In this document: piece after piece, positions 9,564-18,500 of the stretch
Layout of the letters: each line of letters opens with the position of its first letter
Numbering within the stretch: the stretch's first letter is position 1
Origin: Pseudobdellovibrionaceae bacterium
GTDB taxonomy: Bacteria; Bdellovibrionota; Bdellovibrionia; Bdellovibrionales; Bdellovibrionaceae
Assembly (NCBI GenBank): GCA_039810425.1
Contig: JBDHWW010000039.1
Location: 1-26,890 of the forward strand
Direction: 5' to 3'
DNA length: 26,890 nucleotides
Program-made: the position numbers and the translations under genes
Notes under the pieces: generated by a model
Seen by the model: only the letters and a program-made list of their open reading frames with translations
Database searches by the model: none
What the model was told of the DNA's origin: nothing

Positions 9564-9601
9564 ACCGGCGATTGCCTTCGACCAGGCAATGGGCCGCCGG
9601 T
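9564..9601. terminator. Stable hairpin between convergent ttcA and GST genes
   Basis: ACCGGCG-ATTGCCT-tcgacc-AGGCAAT-(gggc)-CGCCGGT. No clear U-tract. Confidence 0.45.
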
Positions 9602-9610
9602 CAGGGTCGA

Positions 9611-10216
9611 CTAAACCATCACTTTTTTCACGGCAGGTCTGGCGCCAATCAACTCAGCCCAGCGTTTTACATGAGGATTTGTATCGAACCACTCTGGTTT
9701 TGACTTTATGTAAGCTGCAATCCACGGATAAGAAGCGATATCCGCGACTGAATAGAAGCTTCCAGCTAAATACAAATTCTGCGCAAGCTGCGTGTTCATA
9801 ACGCCAAGAATGCGTTTTGATTCAAGCTCGAAGCGATTCATCATCTGCGGGATATTGTTGTTTTTTGCGTAGTGATAGTTCCCGAAGTTAGGGCCAATTG
9901 CCGACATCTGAAACATCAACCAGCCGTTCACTTGGGCTTTTTCGAATTCGTTCGTACCTACGAAGTGATGAGTTTTTTCACCAAGATATTGCAAGATCGC
10001 TCCGGACTCCCAAACTGGAATCTGACGGCCGAAGCCTCCTTCACGATCAACGATCGCTGGGATTCTGCCATTAGGATTGATTTTCAAAAATGCAGGGTCT
10101 TTTTGCTGGTTGGCTTTAAGGTCGAGCATATGCAAGTCATATTTCAAACCAAGCTCTTCAAGCATGATCCAAACTTTGTAACCGTTAGGGGTCTTTGCCG
10201 TGTAGAAATCAATCAT
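9611..10216 (-). CDS. Glutathione S-transferase, YfcG/YghU-like
   Basis: Start MIDFY with GGAG RBS. TPNG, INPNGRIPAIVD, WESGAIL, SVADIASYPW, RPAV. Confidence 0.92.
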   Translation of the reverse strand: MIDFYTAKTPNGYKVWIMLEELGLKYDLHMLDLKANQQKDPAFLKINPNGRIPAIVDREGGFGRQIPVWESGAILQYLGEKTHHFVGTNEFEKAQVNGWLMFQMSAIGPNFGNYHYAKNNNIPQMMNRFELESKRILGVMNTQLAQNLYLAGSFYSVADIASYPWIAAYIKSKPEWFDTNPHVKRWAELIGARPAVKKVMV

Positions 10217-10338
10217 GAGGTTCTCCTTCGAAAGCCCCATTCTAGCGATCCTTTTTGGGCCTTGTCTAAACATTTGACACTTCAGCGCGCCGACACAGGC
10301 TCCCAAACCCGGCACCTGATTTGAAGGAAAATACCTCG

Positions 10339-11358
10339 ATGGCTCGTCGAATACAAAACACACTTATTTTCATTTTAAGTTTCTTCCTGGCCCTTCCGGC
10401 TTTGGCTAAAATTCGCCTTGTTGAATGGCATACGGCAAACACAACAGCGCCTCTGATTTTACCTGTCCGCGATGGCGAAACTCCGGAAAATGCCTCCAGG
10501 CGATACTTGAGGGCTCTTAGCCAAAATACGGAACTTTTAGAACTTTTCGAAGGTCGAATTCCTGAATTACAGACGATTAAATTCCAAGAACTTAGCAACA
10601 ACGATTATGATACACGGACTTTGATGATTGCCAATCGAGCGCCGGACTACACGCAAAACTCCAAACGCATTGTGAACTTCACAAATTACTTTAAAAAAAT
10701 GAACCACAAAGCTTTTATTCTTCCGGTTGTCGCCAATCTGGGTCTGACCAGTCAAGAAAGCGCTGAACTCAATGCTGAGATCGCAGAGAAATTCCCAATG
10801 CTCGTTGCCCTCGGTGGCGATGATGTCGATCCCCGATTCTATAAAAGCCCCGTCACGCACTCACGTCACCTCAATACAGTTCGCGATCGGTTCGAGATCA
10901 ATTTAATCAAATCTTATGTTACAGCATCGAGAGGTTTTTTGTTGGGTGTTTGCCGCGGCTCACAACTGAGTTCGATAGCTTTGGGTTATAAGATAGTGCA
11001 AGACATTCCTGAGCAAATCGGTAGGGGCGTTCATCATGGTGATGATTGGCATGATGTGAAACTCTTACCGACGACGAATGGAATTTTAGAGTCGGTTCTC
11101 GTTGGTGCAAAATCGCTTTTGGTGAATAGCTATCACCACCAAGCCGTCATCTTCCGGGAAGGCGGTCCACTTGAGATTGCTGCCCGTTCCGCCGATGGTG
11201 TCACTGAGGCCACGGAATTTAAAAACGGCCGTGGCCTGCTATTGCAATTTCATCCAGAATTGATGGAAAATGACTTGGGTTTTGAGATCGTAAAAAAAGC
11301 CGTTAGCGCAAAGAGCCGCTCACTTCCCCTGCGCTGCTCGAACACATTTTCATATTAA
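10339..11358 (+). CDS. Secreted peptidase C26 / gamma-glutamyl hydrolase (class I glutamine amidotransferase fold)
   Basis: AAGGA RBS, signal peptide (ALA-K). GGDDVDP, RDRFE, GVCRG, VNSYHHQAV, QFHPE (Cys-His-Glu triad). Confidence 0.88.
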   Translation: MARRIQNTLIFILSFFLALPALAKIRLVEWHTANTTAPLILPVRDGETPENASRRYLRALSQNTELLELFEGRIPELQTIKFQELSNNDYDTRTLMIANRAPDYTQNSKRIVNFTNYFKKMNHKAFILPVVANLGLTSQESAELNAEIAEKFPMLVALGGDDVDPRFYKSPVTHSRHLNTVRDRFEINLIKSYVTASRGFLLGVCRGSQLSSIALGYKIVQDIPEQIGRGVHHGDDWHDVKLLPTTNGILESVLVGAKSLLVNSYHHQAVIFREGGPLEIAARSADGVTEATEFKNGRGLLLQFHPELMENDLGFEIVKKAVSAKSRSLPLRCSNTFSY

Positions 11359-11470
11359 ACCTCCCCTGACAATTCGCCGTGGTGGTCTTGCGGATAAAGG
11401 CTTGCGACATCAGTGTAATGAACACAGTCAAAACAAAACTCTGCAAGAGCACCAGCAACAACGATTTCAT
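11303..11470 (-). CDS. Candidate small membrane or secreted protein (55 aa)
   Basis: AAGGGGG RBS, ATG at 11470, hydrophobic N-terminus MKSLLLVLLQSFVLTVFITLMSQA. Overlaps the C26 3' end by 56 nt. Confidence 0.35.
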   Translation of the reverse strand: MKSLLLVLLQSFVLTVFITLMSQAFIRKTTTANCQGRFNMKMCSSSAGEVSGSLR

Positions 11471-11698
11471 GGTTTCCCCCTTTTAACTATTAGATTGAAA
11501 ACTTATGACCCCGGTCAGACGGCGCTAGGAATCTTTAGTAATTAGTTCAGAAGCGCCCAATTCCTGCACAAGACCCAAAGCTCATAAAAACCCAAGGACC
11601 CCACGAGTTCGCCTATTGCCGATTTGAACGCTGGCCCTCGGGTTGCAAACAAGGTCTCATCTGCTCAGACCAAGGGGCTTTGGGGAAGGGATCTGATC

Positions 11699-12517
11699 GT
11701 GAAATTATTTCTGTACATCGGGATGACAGTTTTAGTTCTTGCCGCCTGCAGTTCGCGCGAAAATATTTCGAATGATGGATCCGAAATCACCAATACAATG
11801 ACAGGTTGTGATTCCGGCGCCAATGGTATTGTAAACGGCACCTCCGTCACTCCTCAAGATCCGGACTCTCAACGCGCCGTTTTGCTGATTATCCATCGCG
11901 GTAAAACCGTCTCTTCTTGCACAGGCACTCCGGTTTCAGACCGTGTGATCTTAACTGCGGGCCACTGCCTGAAAGACGTTCAAAAAGGAGACGTCGATGT
12001 CGTGTTCAACCCGGACATCAGTTGTTCAGCAATGGCAAAGTCAATTCCCTCTGTTGATATTCTCATTCATAAAGACTACAAGGGCGACAATCAGGCGAAG
12101 TTTGACTTAGCCCTGTTGAAATTAGAATCCTCGATTCCACGCTCCTATCAGCCCCAAGCGCTTTACGATGGGAAAGCTTCGCTCAGCAGCGATCAGGTTC
12201 TGATGCTCGGCTTTGGTATCACGAATGAAGGCAATAGTGATTCCCTGCACTTAAGGAAAACCACAAAGAGTTTTAAAACTGAAACCACGGTCAGCGATCA
12301 AAATATCGGCTTTGACCAACGGACCGGCGGCGGAGTGTGCAATGGCGATTCCGGCGGTCCCGTTTATGTTCAAGTCAATGGCGAGTATAAAATCATCGCG
12401 GTGAACTCAATTGTGCTGAACAAAGATGGAAATCCGGCTTGCCACGGCCTCAGCATAGCGATGTATACACCGTTCTTTGCTGACTGGGTTCAGCAGGGTC
12501 TGAATAAGTTCCGTTAA
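11699..12517 (+). CDS. Trypsin-like (S1) serine protease lipoprotein
   Basis: GTG start after GGAAGGG, lipobox LAAC, GIVNG, LTAGHC, DLALL, CNGDSGGP. Confidence 0.92.
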   Translation: MKLFLYIGMTVLVLAACSSRENISNDGSEITNTMTGCDSGANGIVNGTSVTPQDPDSQRAVLLIIHRGKTVSSCTGTPVSDRVILTAGHCLKDVQKGDVDVVFNPDISCSAMAKSIPSVDILIHKDYKGDNQAKFDLALLKLESSIPRSYQPQALYDGKASLSSDQVLMLGFGITNEGNSDSLHLRKTTKSFKTETTVSDQNIGFDQRTGGGVCNGDSGGPVYVQVNGEYKIIAVNSIVLNKDGNPACHGLSIAMYTPFFADWVQQGLNKFR

Positions 12518-12552
12518 ACTTGGGAGAGGGAGACAGAGTGAAGCGAGAAAAT

Positions 12553-12628
12553 TGGTGATCTGTACAGGACTTGAACCTGTGACCTTTTCCATGTCAAGGA
12601 AACGCGCTACCAACTGCGCCAACAGATC
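12553..12628 (-). tRNA. tRNA-Val(GAC)
   Basis: 76-nt cloverleaf: acceptor GATCTGT/ACAGATC, anticodon arm TTTCC-TTGACAT-GGAAA, GGTTCAAGTCC T arm, encoded CCA. Confidence 0.97.
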
Positions 12629-12647
12629 ACGATAGAAAGGTGTTACC

Positions 12648-12676
12648 CTTATACCCAAGGAAGGCTGTTGACACAA
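12648..12676 (-). promoter_or_regulatory. Sigma70-like promoter for tRNA-Val
   Basis: TTGTGT-N17-TATAAG about 20 nt upstream of the tRNA. Confidence 0.5.
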
Positions 12677-12701
12677 TGGCCTCCTTCGTTGACAATGCGT
12701 A

Positions 12702-13625
12702 TCAATAGAGCTCTACACGGTCGTTTTCTTTAAATCCAGAGCCCGAATGAATCACGGCAATTGCGCCATCATTGCCGAAGTAGCTGATGACCTCCAAAGT
12801 TCCTTTGAGGCGTCCCTGGACCGTGCCGATGTGACCCCCTGATTCCGGATCGTAAACGTCATCGCCCTGCTCAAGCACTTTTAGCAAATCCCCCACTTGA
12901 ATGCCGGAAACACGCCCCACATTAAGGTAAATGCGGTCCCCATTCAGAGCCGCAATACGGCCTTCCCAGCTAACTTTCGACAACGAACCTACCACCTGAG
13001 GAACGAAGTCCAAGAACGCATCCCGCACGATGGCTTCGATCAATTCCGGGTTGTTCTGAAGGTACTTATCCGTCTCAACCCGCTCGGCGACGCGAACGTT
13101 GGGCTCTTCGAGATTTACGGTCTTAACAGTGTTAAAGATCTCTTGCCCCCCACGGGTGCTGGCCACGCGAACGCGGATGACGGCTTCAAACTCGCTCTTC
13201 ATTTGGCGGATCAGACCGACGTTGTCAGCTTTGCGCGACACGCGAATCTCGAGAATCTTCCCTTCAAGCACAGCGTTTGCACCCAAAGCCTGGCCGTGTT
13301 TGGCGATTTCCTTAAGGTCGTATTCACCTTTTTCCGCGGGCTTTAATGCTTCCGACTTCACATCGCGACTGTCGACGGCAATCACTTCGCCGGATTTATT
13401 CATCTCTTGAATAAAGGCCTTGCGGGCCTTTTCACGCAAGCTCTCTGGGCGAGTGTCGGAGGCATCCAAAAACGGCAACACGATCAAACGCTTTCGTGGC
13501 TGGCCGTTGTCGGTCTTCCCGGCGTAAGAGGTGTCTTTCACTTCACGGCGCGCGACTTGCGAAGTGCGGTCGATGGTTTGGCAGGCGGCAAAGATAAAAA
13601 CAAAGGCAAATAAAATATTTTTCAT
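12702..13625 (-). CDS. Lipoprotein with CsgG/TolB-N-like domain and FlgT-C-like beta domain
   Basis: Lipobox FAAC. 'KRLIVLPFLD…LGANAVLEGKI' and 'WEGRIAALNGDRIYLNVGRVSGIQVGD…DPESG…G.L.V…GFKENDRVE'. Confidence 0.7.
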   Translation of the reverse strand: MKNILFAFVFIFAACQTIDRTSQVARREVKDTSYAGKTDNGQPRKRLIVLPFLDASDTRPESLREKARKAFIQEMNKSGEVIAVDSRDVKSEALKPAEKGEYDLKEIAKHGQALGANAVLEGKILEIRVSRKADNVGLIRQMKSEFEAVIRVRVASTRGGQEIFNTVKTVNLEEPNVRVAERVETDKYLQNNPELIEAIVRDAFLDFVPQVVGSLSKVSWEGRIAALNGDRIYLNVGRVSGIQVGDLLKVLEQGDDVYDPESGGHIGTVQGRLKGTLEVISYFGNDGAIAVIHSGSGFKENDRVELY

Positions 13626-13637
13626 CTCGTCATCCCC

Positions 13638-14813
13638 TTAGCGTTGCATTTGCAGGTTGATTTCAGAATCGTTGAACCCTACGGAGTTCCAGCGCTTGCC
13701 GTCGATCTCCAGACCATTCAGCTTTGCCGAGAAATCCTTCGGGCTCAGATTCGTATCCACTTCGAACGCCAAAGAATCCGATGTGACCAAGCGTTCGCGA
13801 ATATTGCGAATTTCGCGCACTTGGTTTTTCAGCTTCTCTTTAAAAGCTTCTTGCTGGTTGAACGGAATCTTTCCACGGAATGTCAGACGAATGCTCGTCG
13901 TCCCGAGCGCGCCGCGCTGCCAGGCCTCATAAACCTGGGAAGCCAAATCCTGAGCTGTGGAATCCACGATTTCACGGACTTTCTTATCCACAGTCGCCTC
14001 AAAAACGCCCATCTCCGTTTCAAACTTTCTTGAAACGTCCGCAATCGGACGTCCGTTGCTAACTTGCAAAGCCAAGAGTTTCACTTCAATGCGGTAGCGA
14101 TTGGAAGAGTCCGGACTTTTTGAATATTGCACCTGCCCTTCGATCATGAGAGGCGCGCCAAAGTACTGGCTCATAAACTGCATATCATCAAGACTGAGGC
14201 GCTCATTTTGGTAAGTGCGTGGGATCTGCAGAGCGATTCCCGGCGTTTTAATCAAGTAGAAGTTATTCTTCTGGAACGCCGAGCGAAGCGCATTCTCAAA
14301 CTGGCGGTTCTGGAAAATCAAGAAGGACTTATTGTTACCTTCTTCCGGTTTCCACCAGCGGAATGTTTTAAAGTCCACTTTGTCCGTAAAGCTAATAAGC
14401 GGCAACACCAACGGGACCGTGTCATTCTCAGCCAGCAGGGAGTGTTCTTGCAAAAGCGTTTTCAAGTCTTTCACGGAAACTTTCAACGCCACCGTCATCT
14501 TGTAAGCACCCGCAGGGTCCTGAGCAAGGTCACTTGGTTTTGCAAAGGGGATATAGCGGTTTGAGATCTTTTCGATCTTGTTTTGAATCAAAGTTTTGTT
14601 CTTTGTGTAGCGCTCCTCGCCGATAAGTTCCTTGATCAGCTCTTCAGAGATTTTCTTTGCCGCCTGCTCTTGAATGTCCCGACGGGCCGCCTGCGGGGTT
14701 TTCTCGTTGGAGGTCCCGCTGTAACTTTTTTCAATAAGGTCCGCACTACTCTGAGCGAAAACCATTTGCGCGCCCATCATGAGACCCGCAAAAAGCACTA
14801 GTACTTTCTTCAT
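13638..14813 (-). CDS. Periplasmic hypothetical protein (multi-domain alpha/beta)
   Basis: 391 aa, signal peptide (VFA-Q), AAGGA RBS, co-oriented between dnaE and the CsgG/FlgT-like gene. Confidence 0.8.
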   Translation of the reverse strand: MKKVLVLFAGLMMGAQMVFAQSSADLIEKSYSGTSNEKTPQAARRDIQEQAAKKISEELIKELIGEERYTKNKTLIQNKIEKISNRYIPFAKPSDLAQDPAGAYKMTVALKVSVKDLKTLLQEHSLLAENDTVPLVLPLISFTDKVDFKTFRWWKPEEGNNKSFLIFQNRQFENALRSAFQKNNFYLIKTPGIALQIPRTYQNERLSLDDMQFMSQYFGAPLMIEGQVQYSKSPDSSNRYRIEVKLLALQVSNGRPIADVSRKFETEMGVFEATVDKKVREIVDSTAQDLASQVYEAWQRGALGTTSIRLTFRGKIPFNQQEAFKEKLKNQVREIRNIRERLVTSDSLAFEVDTNLSPKDFSAKLNGLEIDGKRWNSVGFNDSEINLQMQR

Positions 14814-14827
14814 AATTTTCCTTGTCC

Positions 14828-17800
14828 TTAAGTTCTTAACTCAATGAAATCTGTTCTGCCAAAGGCCGAGTGGATGCTTTCAAAGAACTCATTGCTAATG
14901 CTCACAGCATATTGTTCTTCGACTTCCAATTGAACTTTGCGATTCACTTCCTTGAGATCAATTTCAAAACTGACGCTTGTTGCGCCCGGATGCCCTTTCA
15001 AAACTTCCTGCAGACGCTCGTAATCCACAAGGGGGATGCGCTCCAAGTGTAAGACCATGCGTTTGGTCTTTTTGAGGATCTCTTCCATTGGTGACACCGT
15101 GTCCACCATGATTTTAACACTGCCCTCGTCGGTCTCCAAGGTTCCGGCAATCAGAACGGGCATTTCATCCCGGCACTGCGTTTCATTGCACGCGAACGCA
15201 TCCGGGAAGATCACCAGTTCACAAGATCCCGAAAGATCTTCGACCTTCGCAAAAGCCATGCGCGTGCCTTTCTTGGTAATCAGTTCCCGCAGATCCGAAA
15301 TAAGACCAGCCACAACAACCTTCTTCTTGTTGGCGTCACGGCCCCAGCGATTTTCCTTGGTCTTTTGGACTGGCTGCTGAGGAACTGCCTCTAAAGTCTT
15401 AGCAAATTGCCCGAGATCCGCAATCTTACAGCTAACCCAAATCTCTGCGAGGTTCTCAAAGCCTTTGAGCGGGTGATCGCTGAGATAGAAACCCAAGACT
15501 TCTTTCTCGAAGGACAAAGCCGCCGAACGAGTCCACGGCCTGGTGTTTTCAAGCTTCACTTCGCTCTCATCGCTTGGGCCAAGGTCAAAGAGGGAGGTCT
15601 GACCCATTTCGCGGTCTTTGCGTAGCCCCTCAGCACGGTCGAGATATTTTTGATAGCCCGCCATGACCTGCGCCCGATGGCCATCGAAACCATCGAGAGC
15701 CCCGGCCTTGATCAAGCATTCAATCACCTTTTTATTTACGCGACGAATATCTATCGAGTTAAAAAACTCATCAAGGCTCGTGAACTTCTTTTCAGGCAAT
15801 TGCTCCCGGGCTTCAATGATCGCCGTCACGGCATTTTCGCCGACGCCTTTGATCGCACCCAAACCAAAGTAAATTTCATCACCATGGGCTCCGAAGAAGT
15901 ATTCAGAGAAATTCACATGCGGCGGACGGACATTCAAACCACGCTTCGCCGCATCTTTCGAGTATTTTACGATTTTATCAGTATCCGACAACTCCGTACT
16001 GAGCAGGGCCGCAAAGAACTCCGTCGGATAATAGCACTTAAGCCATGCCGTTTGCATCGTAATCACGGAGTACGCGGCGGCATGGGATTTATTGAAACCG
16101 TAGTCCGCGAACTTGTACATCAAGTCGAATAAATCATTCGATGCTTTTTCTTCGTAGCCTTTGGCTTTCGCCCCGTCCATGAAACGGATCCGCTGACGAT
16201 CCATCTCCTCTTTGATCTTCTTACCCATCGCACGACGAAGCATATCGGCTTCACCGAGGGAGTATCCGGCGATGCGAGAAGCGATCCCCATGACCTGTTC
16301 TTGGTAAACCATGATCCCGTAGGTCTCAGACAAGACTTCTTTGGTATCTTCGATCAAATATTCAACCGGTGCCTTCCCATGCTTACGATCGGTAAAGTCA
16401 GGAATGTTCGCCATCGGACCCGGACGATAGAGCGAAGTAATCGCCGTGATATCACCGAAACTGGAGGGGCGGATTTTACGGGTGGCATCCGTGATGCCCT
16501 CACCTTCGAACTGGAAGATCCCCGCCGTATCCCCGCGTGACATCATCTCAAAGACACCGTTGTCATTGAGCGGCATTTGCTTGGTCAGAACCTTCACCCC
16601 GCGGTTTTTTTCAATGAGCTTAATCGCGTGATTGATATGAGTGAGCGTTTTCAAACCCAAAAAGTCGAACTTAATCAGACCGATCTTCTCAGCGTGCTTC
16701 ATATCGTACTGAACAACTTGTTCACCATCCGCGCCCTTGTACAAAGGTGCATGACGAACGAGCTGCCCATCGGCGATGATCACGCCGGCAGCATGGATCC
16801 CCGCATGGCGAACCATCCCCTCTACGCGGCGTGCGAGATCCATCAGCGTATTCACTGTTGGATTCATATCCATCAGTTCTTGGATACGGGGTTCGGTCTG
16901 AAGCGCCTCAGTCAAGGTGATCCCGAGCTTTTCCGGGATGAGCTTTGTGACCGCATCGACCTCGGGGAATGTGAGACCCAACACACGACCGACGTCTTTG
17001 ATTGCGGCGCGGGCCTGGAGCTTACCGTAGGTGATGATTTGCGATACGGATTCTTGGCCGTACTTTTGAGTTACGTACTGAATCACTTCCTGACGGCGAT
17101 CCTGGCAGAAGTCGATATCGAAATCCGGCATCGAGATCCGTTCCGGATTTAAGAAACGTTCAAAAAGAAGAAAGTTTGGGAGCGGATCCAAATCCGTAAT
17201 TTTCAAACTGTACGCGACCAAGGAGCCAGCACCGGATCCCCGGCCCGGCCCTACCGGAATGTCATGATCCTTTGCCCAGTTGATGAAGTCTTGGACAATC
17301 AAGAAATACCCGTTAAAACCCATGCGATCGATGACGCCGAGTTCGTATTCGAGGCGCTTAAAGTATTCCGGTTTTTTATCTTCAGGAATCGCCTCGCCAC
17401 GACCGGAGGCTTCAACGAAACGTTCTTCAAGGCCGGCGGCTGATTTGCGCGCAATCTCCTCTTTCAGGGACGCGCCGTCTTCCGTCGGAAAGGTCGGCAA
17501 ATGATAAATCGGCTTACCCGCATCGTCTTTGAGTTTGAATTTCACGTCGCAGCGTTCAGCAATTTCCAGAGTTCGCGTGATCGCCTCAGGCACATCTTCA
17601 AAAAGCTTCTGCATCTGTTCAGGTTTTTTGAAGTAAAACTCGCTGGACCCCAGCTTAAAGCGATGTTCATCAGCCAAAGTTTTATTCGTGCCGATGCAGA
17701 TCAGAACCTCTTGCGCGGTCTGATCGTCCGGAGTCATGTAGTGCACGTCATTTGACGCCACGACCGGTACGCCCGTGATCTTTGAAGCTTCCAGCAAGAA

Positions 17801-18367
17801 TGGATTGATCTTTTGCCACTCAGGAAGTCCCGTACGGCACATCTCGAGGTAAAACCTATCGCCGAAGATTTTATGTAAGCGGCGCACCCGCTCAAGAGCG
17901 GCCTCAGGACCCTCATTCAAGAACACATCAGCGACTTCCCCGCGGAGGCCGCCCGTGAGGCAGATAATGTCGTTATTGTGTTTTTCAAGAACTTCGTAAT
18001 CGATCCGCGGCTTCCAGTAGAAACCCTCTTGGTAACCGATCGTCGAGAGCTTATTGAGCGTCCGATAGCCTTCGATATTTTGCGCGAGAAACACGAGCCG
18101 GCGCGGGAACTGCGCGATCTGATCGCGGTCTTGCTTTTTCTCTAAGCGTGAGCCCGGAGCCATGTAGGCATCAAGGCCAACCAGCGGTTTTACGTTATTA
18201 TCTTTGCAGGCGAAGTAAAACTCCGCAGCCGCAAACATGTTTCCATTGTCCGTGAGAGCCACCGCCGGCATACCATATTCGGCGGCCTTTTTAGCGATAG
18301 ACTTGACTCGGCACGCAGCTTCCAGAAGGGAATATTCAGAGTGAACATGAAGGTGTACAAAAGACAT
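14828..18367 (-). CDS. dnaE: DNA polymerase III alpha subunit
   Basis: FVHLHVHSEYSLL PHP domain, GPGRGSGAGS, PDFDIDF, KFDFLGL, YGFNKSH, C-terminal OB fold. Confidence 0.98.
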   Translation of the reverse strand: MSFVHLHVHSEYSLLEAACRVKSIAKKAAEYGMPAVALTDNGNMFAAAEFYFACKDNNVKPLVGLDAYMAPGSRLEKKQDRDQIAQFPRRLVFLAQNIEGYRTLNKLSTIGYQEGFYWKPRIDYEVLEKHNNDIICLTGGLRGEVADVFLNEGPEAALERVRRLHKIFGDRFYLEMCRTGLPEWQKINPFLLEASKITGVPVVASNDVHYMTPDDQTAQEVLICIGTNKTLADEHRFKLGSSEFYFKKPEQMQKLFEDVPEAITRTLEIAERCDVKFKLKDDAGKPIYHLPTFPTEDGASLKEEIARKSAAGLEERFVEASGRGEAIPEDKKPEYFKRLEYELGVIDRMGFNGYFLIVQDFINWAKDHDIPVGPGRGSGAGSLVAYSLKITDLDPLPNFLLFERFLNPERISMPDFDIDFCQDRRQEVIQYVTQKYGQESVSQIITYGKLQARAAIKDVGRVLGLTFPEVDAVTKLIPEKLGITLTEALQTEPRIQELMDMNPTVNTLMDLARRVEGMVRHAGIHAAGVIIADGQLVRHAPLYKGADGEQVVQYDMKHAEKIGLIKFDFLGLKTLTHINHAIKLIEKNRGVKVLTKQMPLNDNGVFEMMSRGDTAGIFQFEGEGITDATRKIRPSSFGDITAITSLYRPGPMANIPDFTDRKHGKAPVEYLIEDTKEVLSETYGIMVYQEQVMGIASRIAGYSLGEADMLRRAMGKKIKEEMDRQRIRFMDGAKAKGYEEKASNDLFDLMYKFADYGFNKSHAAAYSVITMQTAWLKCYYPTEFFAALLSTELSDTDKIVKYSKDAAKRGLNVRPPHVNFSEYFFGAHGDEIYFGLGAIKGVGENAVTAIIEAREQLPEKKFTSLDEFFNSIDIRRVNKKVIECLIKAGALDGFDGHRAQVMAGYQKYLDRAEGLRKDREMGQTSLFDLGPSDESEVKLENTRPWTRSAALSFEKEVLGFYLSDHPLKGFENLAEIWVSCKIADLGQFAKTLEAVPQQPVQKTKENRWGRDANKKKVVVAGLISDLRELITKKGTRMAFAKVEDLSGSCELVIFPDAFACNETQCRDEMPVLIAGTLETDEGSVKIMVDTVSPMEEILKKTKRMVLHLERIPLVDYERLQEVLKGHPGATSVSFEIDLKEVNRKVQLEVEEQYAVSISNEFFESIHSAFGRTDFIELRT

Positions 18368-18373
18368 GACTTA

Positions 18374-18402
18374 TTCATAACTTGGACAACCTTCAGGTTC
18401 AA
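18374..18402 (-). promoter_or_regulatory. Sigma70-like promoter of dnaE (possibly leaderless)
   Basis: TTGAAC-N17-TATGAA, 6 nt before the ATG. No SD sequence. Confidence 0.4.
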
Positions 18403-18500
18403 TTTTTTATGCCTCCCTCAGTATCAATAACCATTCGCGTCAGTGACGAAATGGCGCCTGAGTTAGCGGTTCAAGACGCCTATTACATTTTATAGAAGGC

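Noticed and set aside
12553..12628. tRNA-Val as an integration site
   Set aside because: No duplicated tRNA 3' end and no integrase seen in the window.
14828..18367. Intein or split in dnaE
   Set aside because: Normal length and continuous motifs. There is only a short low-complexity insertion before the OB fold.
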